Shown piece by piece: positions 46,586 to 60,870 of a stretch of DNA of 64,000 bases. Source of the stretch: the human T2T-CHM13v2.0 reference genome, Homo sapiens. A program made the position numbers and the translations under genes. The DNA is taken from NCBI RefSeq assembly GCF_009914755.1, contig NC_060934.1. The stretch is one strand, 5' to 3'. The notes under the pieces were generated by a model. That model saw nothing but the letters and a program-made list of their open reading frames with translations. It did not search any database and had not been told where the DNA came from. Each line of letters begins with the position of its first letter. The first letter of the stretch is position 1.

Positions 46586-47746
46586 AAGTGAAAGAGCAGG
46601 ATTGGGCAAAGGGAGAATCATATTTCTGTGCAGTTGCATCATCTTTCAGCTGATCTCCCAAGGAGCTCTCAAACTGGATTTTTCCCACACAAAGGCCACG
46701 GAAACAGGTCTCTGTACACCTTCATCCACCAGTCCTGGCTGCAGGCTGTCCGCAGAGAGGAGACATAAACTTGAACAAGGAAGCTCCCTCCATCCAAAGG
46801 AGTCCCCAGAGAAGGATGCTGCTGTGAAGGAAGCTGGGGGACTGAGTGCCTTGGTCCTGAAGGGGGCCTGAGTGGTGCACCCCAGCACAGCACCAACAAT
46901 ATTTCCCACTGCATGTCAAAAATGGGGAAGGCCCATTTAACAGCCTCCTCCAAAAAACACGCACTTTTTTGTATTGTGCTGATTTGTGTTGTAGTTTGCC
47001 TCTTGTGAAGAGGAACATCAGGTACTTGTTAAGCTGATCAGTTAACAGCAGCGCAATCCCCAGGAAGATTGCTAATGTGTACTTGTTCTTTCCTGGTTCT
47101 TCTCTTCATTGTCTGTGTCCTATTTTGAGCAGCTCACATCACCCCTCTAGTCTCAGTTTCCTTAACTATAAAACAGGATGAGAAAAACTATGCTTCCTGC
47201 CTCTCTTTATCTGTGGTGGGATATTCATGAGATGACTGATACCCTCAAAGCAAGGGCTTTGGAATCCGCTACAGAGAGATCAAGCCTTCTTCAAAGTACT
47301 AACATGAAATTGGTAGGCGTGCTGAGCTTTTTCTGGATAAGCCCCATTAAGGTTTGGTGATCAGGCATCCTAAAAAATAGCACTGATAAAAGAACTTTTT
47401 CAGAGACAGTCTTCATTCCTGCTTGGGTCAGGGAGGAATGGGGGTTGCGTGTGTACCACCTTGAGGGCTAAGGGCTGAATATTGAAGGCTGCATCTCAGG
47501 AAAGGGGGCATCAGATGGGGCAGTGATGCTACCCAGCCCATCAAAAAGACTCTGTCACAGAAGAGCCAGCATGATGGCTTAGCTTCAACTCTGCTATTCA
47601 TGAGGATGTGAGACTTTGTAAGTCACTCCTGTACTGGAATCCATTCCGTATCTGTGAAATGAAAGCATGATCCCGGGCCAGGATTTTCAAACTCTTTTAA
47701 TAACAGTACTCTGTTTCAATTGGAAATTTTTTTCAAACCCTAGTAC

Positions 47747-48047
47747 AGTAGTCCCCCTTTATCTTTGGGGGGTAGATTCCAAGACTTCCAGTAGATGCCT
47801 GAAGCTGCAGATAATACCAAACCCTATGTTTTTTCCTATACATACTTATGATTACATTTATTTTACTAATTAGGCACAGATAGAGAGTAGCAACAATAAC
47901 TAATAATAAAGTAGAACCATTATAACTATACACTGTAATAAAAGTTATGTGAATGTGCACTCTCTCTCTCTCTCAATATCTTATTGTACTGTACCCTGAG
48001 TAACCGAAACTGTGGAAACCGAAACCATGGGTAAGGGGAAACTAGTG
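47747..48047. mobile_element. Tigger3/MER7-like Tc1-mariner MITE
   Basis: TA-cagtagtcccccttt...ggggaaactagtg-TA terminal inverted repeats. Confidence 0.75.
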
Positions 48048-48149
48048 TATATGAAGGCATTACAGAGGTTCCTCATGATGTTTAATTGTAGGCTAATAAT
48101 GCAAAATTTTCTCCAAATTTTGTAAAAGTCATTTGAAGCACATTAATGC

Positions 48150-48700
48150 AATCATTCACTCAAAAAATAGTTCCCACATGTCTTCCATGTGCCAGGCACA
48201 GTAATAGACAGGGTATTCAATAATGTGCTACAGGCTGGACACCCAGCACAGTTTCTGACCTCCTAGAATGTATAGCCAGTTGGGTGAGCCAGACAAGACA
48301 TAGGCAATTACAATGCAGTATGATAAGTGCTCCAACAGGAGGATTTTACAGCCTGTCAGAGAGGATTTGAACCCAGCATTGGCAATGTGGAGGAGTCGTG
48401 GCTGATGTTTCAGAAACACTGGATCTAAAGGATGTGTTAGAGTTAACTAGCCACTGAAGAGAGGAGAACCTTCCGGGTAGAAAGCATTCCATGTACAGAA
48501 GGCCAGAATTGAAAGACAGTGACGCATTTGAAGAGCTGAATAAAGATCAGTGGGAAATGAAAGGAAATCAGTGAGAGCAGGAGATGGGGCCTGGGAATTA
48601 AGCACTTTATACACCAGAAAAGGTCAGTTGTGAAATACCAAGAAAGCTGGACTTCATCCTAAGTGCCATGAGAAGCCACTGATGGATTTAAGCAATGTTT
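48150..48700 (-). mobile_element. L2 remnant
   Basis: atcattcactcaa...atgtgccaggcac; gagaagccactga motifs. Confidence 0.55.
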
Positions 48701-49289
48701 AAGAGTCTAGGTGACCTCCCAGGGTGCTCTCATCACTAATGCTTGCAATAACAGACTTCATTAAGCCCAACCAAGAAATTCTTCCACATTAATTGGGCCA
48801 TTCAGCAAATATTTGCTAAATGTAATTTAAACGTGATTATTTAAATCACAAAGATTTAGCGACACACCTTTTAGGGAAAAAGAGATAAAGGTAAACATTT
48901 CTGGCAGAAAACCCAATTTATATTTCTCAAAGAGCAGCATCACGTCTCCAGTAGGAGAGAAAAGGAAAGCAGAAGATTAAGATGGGTACACCTAAGAAAA
49001 AGGGCACTGGTGCCTAAAACTAAGCAGGTAAAGACTGGGATACTGTGAGTCTAAGAAACAAAAGACAGCAGAAGAGCAAGAGAACTGCAAAGCACTCAAC
49101 AGGAAGATCGATTGGGAAGCTGAAGGCAGGGCAGCTAAGAAGATGAGCACCCAGCCCCCAAAGACTGGACCAGAGAATGAGGGCTCTAAGAGAAGCTGGG
49201 CAGTGTCTCCAGTAGGAATTAAGCCTCCTAGGAGACAGTAAAAATCTTTCATTCAAAAGATGAGCCACTAGCACCCCAACTTTGGTCGA

Positions 49290-49745
49290 CTATTACATTG
49301 TTAGTCTCAAAAAAAAAAACAAAAAACAAAACCTACTTCTCATCTTTTATACCCTTGCAGAATAACCTCCCAATTTGGGCTTGGCCATGTCACTCGCTTT
49401 GGCTAATGGAACATTAGCAGGGTTAATGCAGAGGCTTCAACTCTTGGAATGCCCTCTCTCAAAACCCAGTTGCCCTGCTGTGAGGAAATTCAGGCAACCC
49501 TGTTGGAGAAAAGGACCACGTGGAGAGGCTCTGAAGGATGACATTGTGTGGAGAAAGAAGCGACAGGAAAGGGAAACTTGGTGCCCCAGCTGAGCTCCCA
49601 GCTGAACGCAGGTGCCTGAAGCAGCCCAGCCAAGGTGACATAGAGCAGAAACAGCCAAGGCAGCCTCAGAATCATGAGTCATAATAAATTGTTGTCATTT
49701 TAAGTCGCTAAATTTTGCAGTAGTTTGTCATGTGGAAAAACTACA
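49290..49745 (+). mobile_element. MLT1 (G/H-like) LTR
   Basis: tgggcttggccatgtcactcgctttggctaatggaa...ataaattgttgtcattttaagtcgctaa. Confidence 0.7.
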
Positions 49746-50870
49746 AGAAAAAAATGGAAAATAAGGGGCATGTGGGGTTGAAACCAGAAGATTATACCTA
49801 TGAGTTTCAGAAATAGCATTTAGAGAGAATTGGCGGGGGAAGTGGGGACTGTGAAGTAATCAAAGAAATAAAAAGAAAAATTCTCGTAATTGAAAAAAGA
49901 TTATATTCATATTAAAGTTGCTCACCGAAGACTAAGCAGTTTAGAAAGAAAAAACACACCTAGAACACAATGGTCATATTTCAGATATTTAGATATAGAT
50001 ACAAATATATGTATTTATTTACATATATAAATAAATATAAATTCCTCAAAAAATTCCACAAATTTTTTCAAACTCACCCAGAGTGGAATGAAAATCAGAC
50101 TGGCATTAGATTTCTCATTGGAAGAATTTTATACCAAAAACAAAATAGTAATAAACAGGAATAAACAGGCAAATCTTCAAAATTCTGAGGAAAGTTATTT
50201 TGAACCTAAAATTCTATATCCAGCCAAACTAATATTGAAGAAGGAAGTAAAACATAGATATATCTGGACAGGCAAGGATCCATAAATGTTATCTCCTCAC
50301 AGAATATCTCTGAAAGAACTGAGTATATACTAGAAATATGAAGACAAATTTTAAAAATTATGTGAAATATAAGAAATAAATGAAAACGAATCACTAAAAC
50401 TTGTAGTTAAGTATAAATAACCATTGATCCAAAATGTGGGGAAAAAAGAGTTAACAAATAACTGTATGAAACTGAAATCCTGGGTAATCTCAAATGAAAT
50501 ATGAGGCTAGGAAGAGAAGGAAGAAAAATATCATGTTAGGGAGGGATTGTCGGGGAGTTAAAGATTCTGAAGGACACAGCTCCAAAATGGGGAAAATTAG
50601 GCAAAGAACACTTGATCAAGGCAGGGGAGTTAAAAGGGAGCAGGAGAAAAAATGACAGACAGAAAAAACAAGGTGGCAGAATGAGTTTAAACTTTGGAAA
50701 TCATAATACAGTTTTTTGACTGGCTTTATTTCCCCCATTAACTCATTGGTTGGGTTTAAAAAAAACATCCAGCTATATATGTTGCTAATGTGACACACTG
50801 AAAAGAAAAAGAGACAGGATGTTAAAAACAAAGACACAAAAGATGTACATATCAAGCAAATGCTAATGGG
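49745..50870 (+). mobile_element. Ancient L1M ORF1/ORF2-junction remnant
   Basis: Peptide IRLALDFS...FEPKILYPAKL is L1 ORF1p-like. Confidence 0.7.
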
Positions 50871-51311
50871 TTTGTCCATCTGGGGATTGTGTTCAATGAT
50901 GTAGCAGGAAGTGGCACTGGAATGTCAATTTGGGCCAGCATTTTGATTTCGTCATAGCTGTTGTCAAAACACTTGGGTATATTGACCAAAAAAATCAATG
51001 TACATAGCGTCAAAATTGAGGAAACACACATGCTATTTTGCTCAATTTGAAATATTCTGAGGAAGCTCAACTATGCCAAGAAACCAGAACCTCCATGTGG
51101 CTGGCCATGTCTTCCAGCTTCTCCTGTCAAAGAAGGAAAAAGGGTAGTGGGGTGGTGCTGGGAGACCACTACACATCCACTGCTTCTGTGAGCTGCACCG
51201 TTTGGAGCTCCGGCAGGAGTCACAGACTTGTCTGTGAATAACATCTGAGGTCAGTGAAGTCTCTACACAGTTCTCCCTGGGTCCCCAGACCAGCATCTGT
51301 AGTCCACTACT

Positions 51312-51645
51312 GGGGATCAGGAGGTACAAACAATGATCTGCTGGCCAAATCTTGCCTGAGAGTATTTTGTGTAACTCTCACAGTGGTTTTATTTTTTCAG
51401 TTTTGAATTAACTGCCAACACTTACTAATTGAAAATTTTCATTTAAAAAATATGGATGTCTGGACTTTCTTGAAAAATCAGATCTGGCCATGTTGGGCTA
51501 ACATTCCCACAAGGCAGCAGTCAGTCAGATCAAAGAAGCAGCTGCTTCCCTTAGAAGGGGTATGCCCATCTGTCCCCCATCTGCCATTGCCCCTTGCTCT
51601 GTGTGGTCTCATGACAGCTGCCGTTGGACTCAGATGGTCTCTAGT
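51312..51645 (+). mobile_element. MER102 hAT-Charlie element
   Basis: ttcttgaaaaatcagatctggcc...cattcccac...gcagctgcttccct. Confidence 0.65.
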
Positions 51646-52065
51646 CTTCAAGCCAGTGTCCAAACCCAATTCTCACGAGATCCCAGCTCTCAGTCTCTCA
51701 CAGGGACAACATCCATTCTCCAAGTAGGAAGGGATCCTTCAGACTGAACCCTATTATTTACCACTGAGGAGACAGAGGCCCAGAGAGAGAAGTGACTATG
51801 CAGTGTCACATTGTGCATAGCACCAAGCAGGGCCAGTACCATGGTCTTCCCACTCCAGTCCACGTTCCTTCTTCCTTTGACTCAAAAACTTCCTAGGCTC
51901 ATTGGCAAGGTTCTTCAGGGAAACAGTTCACTCACTCCAGGCTCTTATACAACAGGACTTGTCAGGATACATGTAATGCATCTGCTTACTTCCTTTTCTT
52001 TCCACTAAATCAAGGGGCAAATATATCTCAGTTGCTATTAGTAACCTTCGAAATTCCCATTTCAG

Positions 52066-52494
52066 TTTGTTGAGGATGTGGAGAAATTGGAATCCTTGGG
52101 CACTGCTGGTGGGAATGTAAAAATGATGCAGCCATTGTGGAAAATATTATGGTAGTTCCTCAAAGAATTAAAAGAATTACCATATGATACAGCAATTCCA
52201 CTTCTGGGTATACACCCCGAAGTTTTGAAAGCAGAAACTCAAACAGACATTAGTGCATCCATGTTTACAGCACAGTTACTCACAACAGCGAAAAGGTGGC
52301 AGCAACCCACATATCCATCAACTGACGAATAAAGATAATGTGCTAGATACATACAATGGAAAACATTATTGTCCTTTAAAAAGGAAGGAAATTCTGGCAC
52401 ATGCTACAACATTAAATAAGCCAGTCACAAAAATACAAATACTGTATGACTCCACTTACACGAGATACCTGAAACAGACAAATTCATATGGACA

Positions 52495-52533
<39 letters not shown>
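52066..52533 (+). mobile_element. L1MB 3' fragment followed by (TG)n
   Basis: gaggatgtggagaaattggaa...agcaattccacttctgggtata; (TG)n 52498-52533. Confidence 0.8.
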
Positions 52534-52535
<2 letters not shown>

Positions 52536-54541
52536 CTCTTATTGTTGATACCATTATTGTATGTTTGATTGTTAGATATTCTGATATTGCTTCTCACCTG
52601 TTTTTCACTACATGAAGCAGAGCTAGATCTAAAGAGGAGAACAAAACTGTCTTATTCTCTCATGCCTTTAAAATCTTGTCTCCATATCTTAAAACGTATT
52701 TGCCACGTATGCATAAACATGTCTATTAATGGAAATCGTAGAGTGTTCTGACACTACTGGGATTGTTTTGATGATGATTTGATGACATTCTCTGCAAAAC
52801 TCTGCTCAGCATACTGAGAAGAGGGGACAAGAAGGGTCCAGGTAAATGCTTCCAGAGGATGTAGAAAGGCTGATCACAACTTCATTGCTGCTGCTCTTCC
52901 TATTTCTACCTTCCAGGCCTATTGTCCAGAAGTTCTTCTCCCATTATGTCCTGGCATGACTATCCATGTGTCCATCTTCCTCTTCTAGGTGCACTCTAGA
53001 AGAAGGCTGTGAGTATCCTCCCCAGACAATCCTGAGTCCCTTTAGCCCTTCTTAAAGACAAGCTAAGCATGGATGCCAAGCTAGCTTCTCAGGCCTTTCC
53101 CATTGCTGCCCACATGTCCCCAAGTGCTGCTTCCATGCCATCCCTTTCCATCCCCATTCCCATTATCCTAGCAGCCAGCTCTGTGCCTGCTTGGTTGAAG
53201 AAGTACTCAGACGATGCAGTTGTGCTAACCCTTGATCATGTCAGACTTCTGACATGGCTACCACTTACAGCTTTCCGGTGGAACAAGGACAGAGGACACT
53301 GATGATACCACTCCTTCTGGCTCACAGGGTTGGAGAACCTATTCAGCAAGCCTGCTTTTTCATCTCTAAAGTGAATGTCTTTCCTCCCATCACTTACAAA
53401 TGTAAAGTGGCTGTCACCCTCATGCACCTTGAAAGGAAGGCAAATATGCAGCGCATGATCCCCTCTGCCCTGTTCCTCTCATGATGTGGTCCTACAAACT
53501 CAAAGGAAACCTGTCTCACCTCTGTGAGTAATCCTGAGTGAGTCCTGTCTCTCCACTCTCAGCCCAGTCTGTACTCAAATTAAAAATCCTCAAAGAGCAA
53601 GAAGCTGTCCGCTGCAGGAAAACCCAGAGCTTCCAAGCAGCAGCCAGAAAAAATTTACCCCTGCTGGATCCAGAGTGTCTAGGGAGTACAAATGTAATAA
53701 CGTCTCTAACCCAGCTCACAGATTGACTTGCAAATGTGCCTTGTCATGGCACTGCATGTTCCCTCTGGAATTCAGGGCTATTTCTTTGTGCTCTTGCTGA
53801 GTGTTCGTTTGGATATTGGTTCTATTCCCTTGGATTCCCAGTCTGACCCAGGCAGCTGTGCTGCAGTGTTTCTGCCTCCACATCAAGCAAAGCAGTCTTG
53901 CAGGCACTTGTGTTAATCATGCATATAATCTGATAGCCTTTATAGCCCCTGCATGAGTAAGGTGCCCCAGCCAGCCTGATGTTCAACCTCTGGCTCCCTC
54001 TGCCAGAGCCTGCAAGGATACTTCACCCTCACTGATCAACTTCTACTTCTAATAAGGTTTGAGTAGTTTGGAAAAATTGTGGGACCATCTCCACATGGTG
54101 TGATTCTCAGACCCACGTTCAGGAGAAGCACTCTGTCAGGAACCTCCCTCCAATATGCTTATTATTTCCAGACAGCTGGAATTGCACCATCAAAGTTGGG
54201 AAGCCTGCAATTGACTAAACAGGGAGAATGGCACGTACATTAACATCCTGATCACCCCTTCCCTGATAATGTAGAAAATATCCACCAAAAACCACAAGTA
54301 AACAGAAATAAAAAGACTTATTCTAATCAGAAAGTTTAACAACTCTGATTTAAAAAGGCAGGAAAGGGTCTCAGATGACCCTAACACTTGAAATGTACCT
54401 TGTATCAAATATCAGGATTAAAAAGAGAGTTGTTGTGCACGATCATGCATTATTAGATCACCAAAAGGGGCTTTGCAACCATAAAACGAAAAGAACAAAA
54501 AACTATTTCCCCAGGAGAACAAATAAGAATTAGAAGTGATA

Positions 54542-54856
54542 GGCCAGGTGTGGTGGCTCATGCCTGTAATCCTAGCACTTTGGGAGGCTGAGGCGGGTGG
54601 ATCACTTGATGTCAGGAGTTTGAGATCAGCCTGGCCAAAATGGTGAAACCCTGTCTATACTAAAAATACAAAAATTAGCCAGGCGTGATGACACATGCCT
54701 GTAATCCCAGCTATTCGGGAGGCTGAGGCTGGAGAATCACTTGAACCTGGGAGGCGGAGGTTGCAGTGAGCTGGAGGTTGCAGTAAGCCGAGATGGTGCC
54801 ACTGCACTCCAGCCTGGGCAACAGAGTGAGACTCCATCTGAAAAAAAAAAAAAAAA
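54542..54856 (+). mobile_element. AluS with 17-bp TSD
   Basis: TSD aagaattagaagtgata on both sides; internal 17-bp duplication. Confidence 0.95.
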
Positions 54857-54947
54857 GAAGAAGAATTAGAAGTGATAAGAGAGCTGCAGAAGTTCAGGTT
54901 ATTAGAATAGAATATCAACTCAAACAAACAGAATAATAAAGAAATTA

Positions 54948-55080
54948 AGCCAGGCATGGGAGTGCGCCACCATAGTCCCAGGTACTCAGGACGCTAAGAC
55001 GGGAGGATTGCTGGTGCCCAGGAGTTCAAGAGCAGCCTCAGCAACACAGTGAGAGACCCTGTCTCTAAAAAAAGAAAAAA
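54948..55080 (+). mobile_element. FLAM Alu monomer
   Basis: gccaggcatgg...gcccaggagttcaag...ccctgtctctaaaa. Confidence 0.8.
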
Positions 55081-56944
55081 GAATTATGAGAGAAAAAAGA
55101 AAATGAAGAAAGATAAATATTAAGAGGAATTGCTAAATTCTTGAATATTTCAATTATCATATGTCAGTTGGAATAGAATCATTATCAAAACGTATCAGTG
55201 GAGAAAAATTCCAGAAATTAAAAAAGAATAGATATTGAAAGTTAAAATGCAACATTACATTGTACACCTTAAATGGATACAATTTTTATTTGTCAATGAT
55301 ACCTCAGTAGATATGGAAGGAAAAAATTAAGTGATTCACTGGGTTCTAGGAAAACTATAATACAGAAATCAGCATGAAAATATAGAATACATAAAAACAA
55401 AGGCCAGGAAGGAGAAAAAATATATATATAGAATACTATTATTAGATATTTATTAAGAGAAATGAATGAATAAAGACTATTGTATCAATCCAAACTTTCA
55501 TTTATATGTGACAATGATGAAGATAATCTTGACAAGAAACCTCACATATGAAACAGGCTATTCTCAGTAATAACTGTAGTAACTTATACTCACTAAGCAG
55601 CTCCATCTACCCCATTCTGTGCTAGTCATTGCTCTATGATCCATCATCTATTAACCCCTTCTATCCACTCCCAGTTTACAAATGAGGAGACTGGGTCAAA
55701 AGTAAAATAACCTCTCCAATGAGATAGAGCAAGTAAGTGATGGAGTCAGTTTTCAAACTCAGGTCATCAAACTCAAAGTTCAAGTGCTTAACCAGAATGC
55801 TCTGCTAGTTCTAAAGGTGGTCAGTGTTAATTCTACCACCACAGTGGTTATTATAAGTTCAGGTTGGCTATCAGACCTAGGAGACACAATAGGCTTTAAT
55901 CTAATGCTAGACTGACAGGGTAATTCAAGGACACCAGACAAGAGATGTGGCAAGTACTCAACTCATCAGGAGGCTGAGCAACTACCTTTACCTCCTCACT
56001 GGCATGGCACAGGTGCCACTGTCCTGGACAAGGACCAAGCTGTGTGGGAGTGACCTTGATGCAAAAGGGCTGCATGCTGTTTCTCACAAAACTTTCTAGT
56101 CGCACAGATGTGAGCTGGCCAGCTCATAGCTCCCCAAGCCAAGCACAGTTCCCCACTGCAGACAAAGCAGATATAACATTCGAAATTTACCCTGAATCTA
56201 TAGTTTCTAAGAGAATCAGGCTGAGGAGACAAGTTGGAGGTCATTTTCCCAGGCGTGGATAGATCAACCCAGGCCTGGTATGAACTCTACTTAACAACTA
56301 TGTGCCTCGCAGAAGCTGTGTACCTTGGAGCTTCCCATTAGCACATGTTTTTGTTCAATGTTCCCATATCACATTGAATCCATCAGAGGAATCCATGTCT
56401 TGCCTCAAATATAAAAGCAAATCCCAAAGATAGGCAATGCGAATAAGCATCAGGTGTTCTTTCCAATTATACAGACCAAATCATTTCTCCAGGTAGTAGC
56501 CTTACTAATGTCACCATGGAGTTTTTAAAATTCTGCAGCCACTTGGAGAAAGATCAGCATCAGAAAGGGCTGAGGTCTCTCCTGCTGGAGAGAACAAAGC
56601 AGGCTGAGACGGAAACCAGCAGGCCCAGCTCAGGGACTCACCAGGAGCCCAGTCCTGATTTGGGGAAGTGAAACACATACAAAAAATAATATTCCAGACA
56701 CTACAAAGGCCTCCCTGAAAACTCAAAAGTGACAAGACATGTTCTTAGAAAGTAAGCAAGAGCTAATCAAAGGCTGGCAGGCTTCTGAAAAGATCATTGT
56801 GTGTTTATTTCAAAAGTGGTCTTTGAGGGTGTTTCAGAAGTCAAGGACACTTCCAGGGAAAGTCAACACAAAGTTACCTGGAGTAAAAATGAACAAAAAC
56901 AAAAAGGCTTCTTTCGTCTTCCCAGAAGCAACCAGGTAGGAACA

Positions 56945-57485
56945 TGTGATGGTTAATATTGAGTGTCAACTTGATTAGATTGAAGGATGCAACATATTGG
57001 TCCTTGGTGTGTCTGTGAAGGTGTTGCCAAAGAAGATTAACATTTGAGTCAGTGAAGTGGAAGAGGAAGACCCACCCTCAGTCTGGGTGGGCACCATCTA
57101 ATCAACTGCCAGCAAGGCTAGAATAAAGCAGACAGAAGATAATGGAAGGACTAGACTGGCTAAGTCTTCCAGCCCTCATCTTTCTCCTGCGCTGGATGCA
57201 TCCTGTCCTCAAACATCAGACTCCCAAGTTCTTAAGCTTCTGGACTCTTGGACTTACACCAGTGGTTTGCCAGGGGCTCTCAGGTTGCAGCCACAGACCC
57301 ACAGATTGAAGGCCAGACTGTCAGCTTCCCTACTTTTGAGGTTTTGGGACTCAGACTGGCTTTCTTGCTCCTCAGCTTGCAGATGGCCAATTGTGAGACT
57401 TCACCTTGTTATCATGTAAGTCCACACTCCTTAATAAACTCCCCTTCATATATACATCTATCCAATTAGTCCTGTCCCTAATACA
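56945..57485 (+). mobile_element. MLT2A (ERVL) solo LTR
   Basis: tgtgatggttaatattgagtgtcaacttgatt...taataca; TSD GAACA/GAGCA. Confidence 0.9.
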
Positions 57486-57722
57486 GAGCAGCATTGGGAA
57501 TACTTAGAAAAGAGCCTATTGCTGTTGGTCTGCTAACCTCTAGGGCCAGGACCACCCTTCCCTAAGGGACTATTCTAAATCAAGAACCAGTATATGGACT
57601 TTGAGCCATGGCATATAAATGTGAGAAAATTGAAGCATGGCTGAAGTAGAATTGTAGGCATATATCTATTCAGAATCCTCTTTTTCAATCAAAGATACTT
57701 GCTATTATTTGATCCTGTATAG

Positions 57723-57871
57723 CAGGGGTCAGCAAATATGCCTCTGGGTTGAATCCATTTCTTCACTTATTTGAGAAAATAAGATTTTATTGGGACACCG
57801 CCAGGACTGGCCTCATGGGCGTGCAAACTGTGTCATCACAGAGGGCCTCACACTTAGAAGGTCCCACATTT
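57723..57871 (+). mobile_element. 5' ends of MER58A and a nested MER45-like hAT element, both truncated
   Basis: caggggtcagcaaa (MER58); caggactggcctcatgggcgtgc...cttagaagg (MER45-like). Confidence 0.55.
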
Positions 57872-58308
<437 letters not shown>

Positions 58309-59067
58309 TTAAGTTAACTTTGCTTTGACTTTGTCCCTGGCACTAATCAGAGTTTTGTTGTTTTTGACCTAGAGAATCTGAATCTGGAGGCTTATCATAA
58401 TATAATTACTGGCATTTAGCCACTCAATGCCTCTGTACAACCTGGAATTTCCCAAGCCATGATTGAAAGGTTGCTTTCTACTCTTAATTGCCTCACACTG
58501 TGGCAATGGCATATTAAAGGCTTTTGAGATTCAGGAGTCAGCAAAGTGAAATATTGAAAATAATTCCTGCCATCCACGGTCTCCTCCAGGATGTCGTCTT
58601 AACACTTTCCCCCTCTGCTCTTCATAAAGAAAGAGGAGGGATCACCTAATCTTTTCCAGTGCTCACATCAAAATGTCTAAACCAAAAAGCTAGAAATATC
58701 TGTAACAGAATTTCAATTTTTTAATTGACTTTAATAAAACCATAACAAGGTAACATCCCCTGGAATTTTGACAATTAGAATTTCAAAGACCTACTGTATA
58801 TTTTATCTTCTAAATTTAAAAAGAAAAAGAAAAAAAGAGAGTTTTGTAGTTCCCTTTAGTGCCATTTTGATGCTCTTTCTCTACTTAAAATATTAAATGT
58901 TTCTTGCAGCCTTAGTGGAAAGCGAGGACTTCTTATCGACACAAACTGTCTGCAATTAGAGCCGTGTACACAATCCACAGGAGGTCTGAGCTCTGGGCTT
59001 ATGATCTGAGTGACCTCAAAGTGATTCAGAAGGACACACAGCAGTGCTGTTTTCCATGATTCCCTGA

Positions 59068-59410
59068 TGTCTTAGTTCGTTTGGGCTGCTATAGCAAAGC
59101 ACCATAAACTGGGTGGCTTATAAACAACAGAAATTAATTTCCCACAATCTAGAGACTGGGTAGTCCAAGATCAAGGTGCCAACAGATTCAGTGTCTGGTG
59201 AGGGTCTGTTGCTCATAAACTGTGGCTTCTTGCTGCATCCTCACATGGTGAGAGAGGCAAAGAAGTTCCTTCAGGCATTCTTTATAAATGCAGTGATCTC
59301 ATTCATGCACTTATGCACATAACCTCATCACCTCCCAAAAGGCCCCGCCTCCTAACATTGTTACCTTGGGGATATGCATTTGGGGAGACACAAACCTTCA
59401 GACCATAGGA
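59068..59410 (-). mobile_element. MST/MLT1A-type MaLR LTR
   Basis: tgtcttagttcgtttgggctgctatagcaaag...ttcagaccatag; TSD cctga/cctgg. Confidence 0.85.
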
Positions 59411-59884
59411 CCTGGTGATGCTCCAAGGCTCACCTCCCACCCCCTAACCACCACCATGTCCCTACCTCTGCTGGGTACACAGTGCCCAGAAGCCAGAAAG
59501 TAGAAGTTAGACTTGTGCCAAATGTAAGCAAGGTAACCAAAGAATACCTAAACTTCAGAAAGCAGTAATTGGGTATACCTGGAGAGACCAGAGGGGGAGA
59601 ATGGCTGTATGCTGCGTTGTTACCAAAAAATGAAGTTCTGCGGTGGCTGTAAGGTGTGACTGAAGAAGCTCAATGTGTTTGAAGGATGGATTGCTAGATA
59701 TTTCATCAGAACAGCAGGCCATTTTACCGAGGCCTTAAGCCCGTGGGGCTTCTCAACTATTGTTCAGGAACAAAGTGTGCAGTACAGCAGGGTAGGTTTC
59801 ATCAAAATTGTTGATCTTAACTGGAATCCCTCATGATCCCTCCCCCCACAATATTTAAAACTCAGGAATAAAAATGGTTATGGG

Positions 59885-60070
59885 GCAGGTGTCAGAAAAT
59901 TTCTTCTGTTAAGGACCAGATAGTAAATATTGTAGGTGTTGCAGCTATATGGTCTCTGTTGGAATGAACACAGCTATAGACAATGTGTAAATGAACGAGG
60001 AAGGCTGTGATCCGATTAAGCTTTATTACAAAAACAGGCAGCTGGCAGAGCCATAGTTTGCTGATCTCTG
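59885..60070. mobile_element. MER58A
   Basis: aaggaccagatagtaaatatt...ccatagtttgctgatctctg. Confidence 0.75.
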
Positions 60071-60693
60071 ATATAAGGTGGGAAGCCTCACAATTTTAGA
60101 GCTGTCTTCCTAGACAGTCTGGCTATCGTACTCTGTGAATACGGCAAAGTCGCTCGTCCAAAACAAGTGTTCTCTTACGGTCCCAACCCCTCTTGGTCCT
60201 GGGCCTCCTCCTCTTTTTTCCCATCCTATACAAATTATTCCTGATATCAATCTGAACTCATTACGCAAAAGAGTGCTGTCCTCAGGCTAATTGAGGTCCC
60301 ATTTCTGATGGCAGCCAAACCCATTGTGGTCCAGCAGCCTCCTCTCCCATTTCCAGCAATGACTGATAACAGGAGAGGGCCTCTGTTTGTGCAGAGAGCT
60401 GGCTCAGCAAGCTCAGGAGAAAATGATTTTCTCTTTCAGTAGAATAAAAAAAGGTTAAAAACTCTAATGTTGTGTTTGCACTATATTTATTCTACATAAT
60501 CCTGACCTTGAAAACTGAAAATCAACTACCATATAATCATAGGATAATTATCTGGTAATGTCTGCCCTTGAAACAAGAATGCTGGAAGCAGTTCTCAGAG
60601 CCTGTACCAGAGTAACACAGCAAAGGATAAGGAGGCTGGTAGAGACAAACAAAAACACTGGGTGCAAAAGAAAGGAGACTTCAGCTTGTAGAT

Positions 60694-60870
60694 CAGTGCT
60701 TCTCAATATTCCTGTGTATATAAATCACCTGAGGTCTTCTTAATGTGTAGATTCTGATTCAGTAAGTCTGGGATGCAGGCTGAGATACTGCATTTTGCAC
60801 AAGCACCGGGAAGTGACACAGATGATGCTGGTCCCAGGACACACCATGAGCACCTGAGTAGCAAGGTTTA
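60694..60870. mobile_element. MER5A
   Basis: cagtgcttctcaa...gattctgattcagtaagtctggg...ctgcatttt. Confidence 0.75.

Noticed and set aside
53237-53256. Short palindromes (CATGTCAGA-CT-TCTGACATG; also 61609-61630 and ~61802-61821) as RNA genes
   Set aside because: 8-9 bp stems are expected by chance in 64 kb and are too short for a pre-miRNA.
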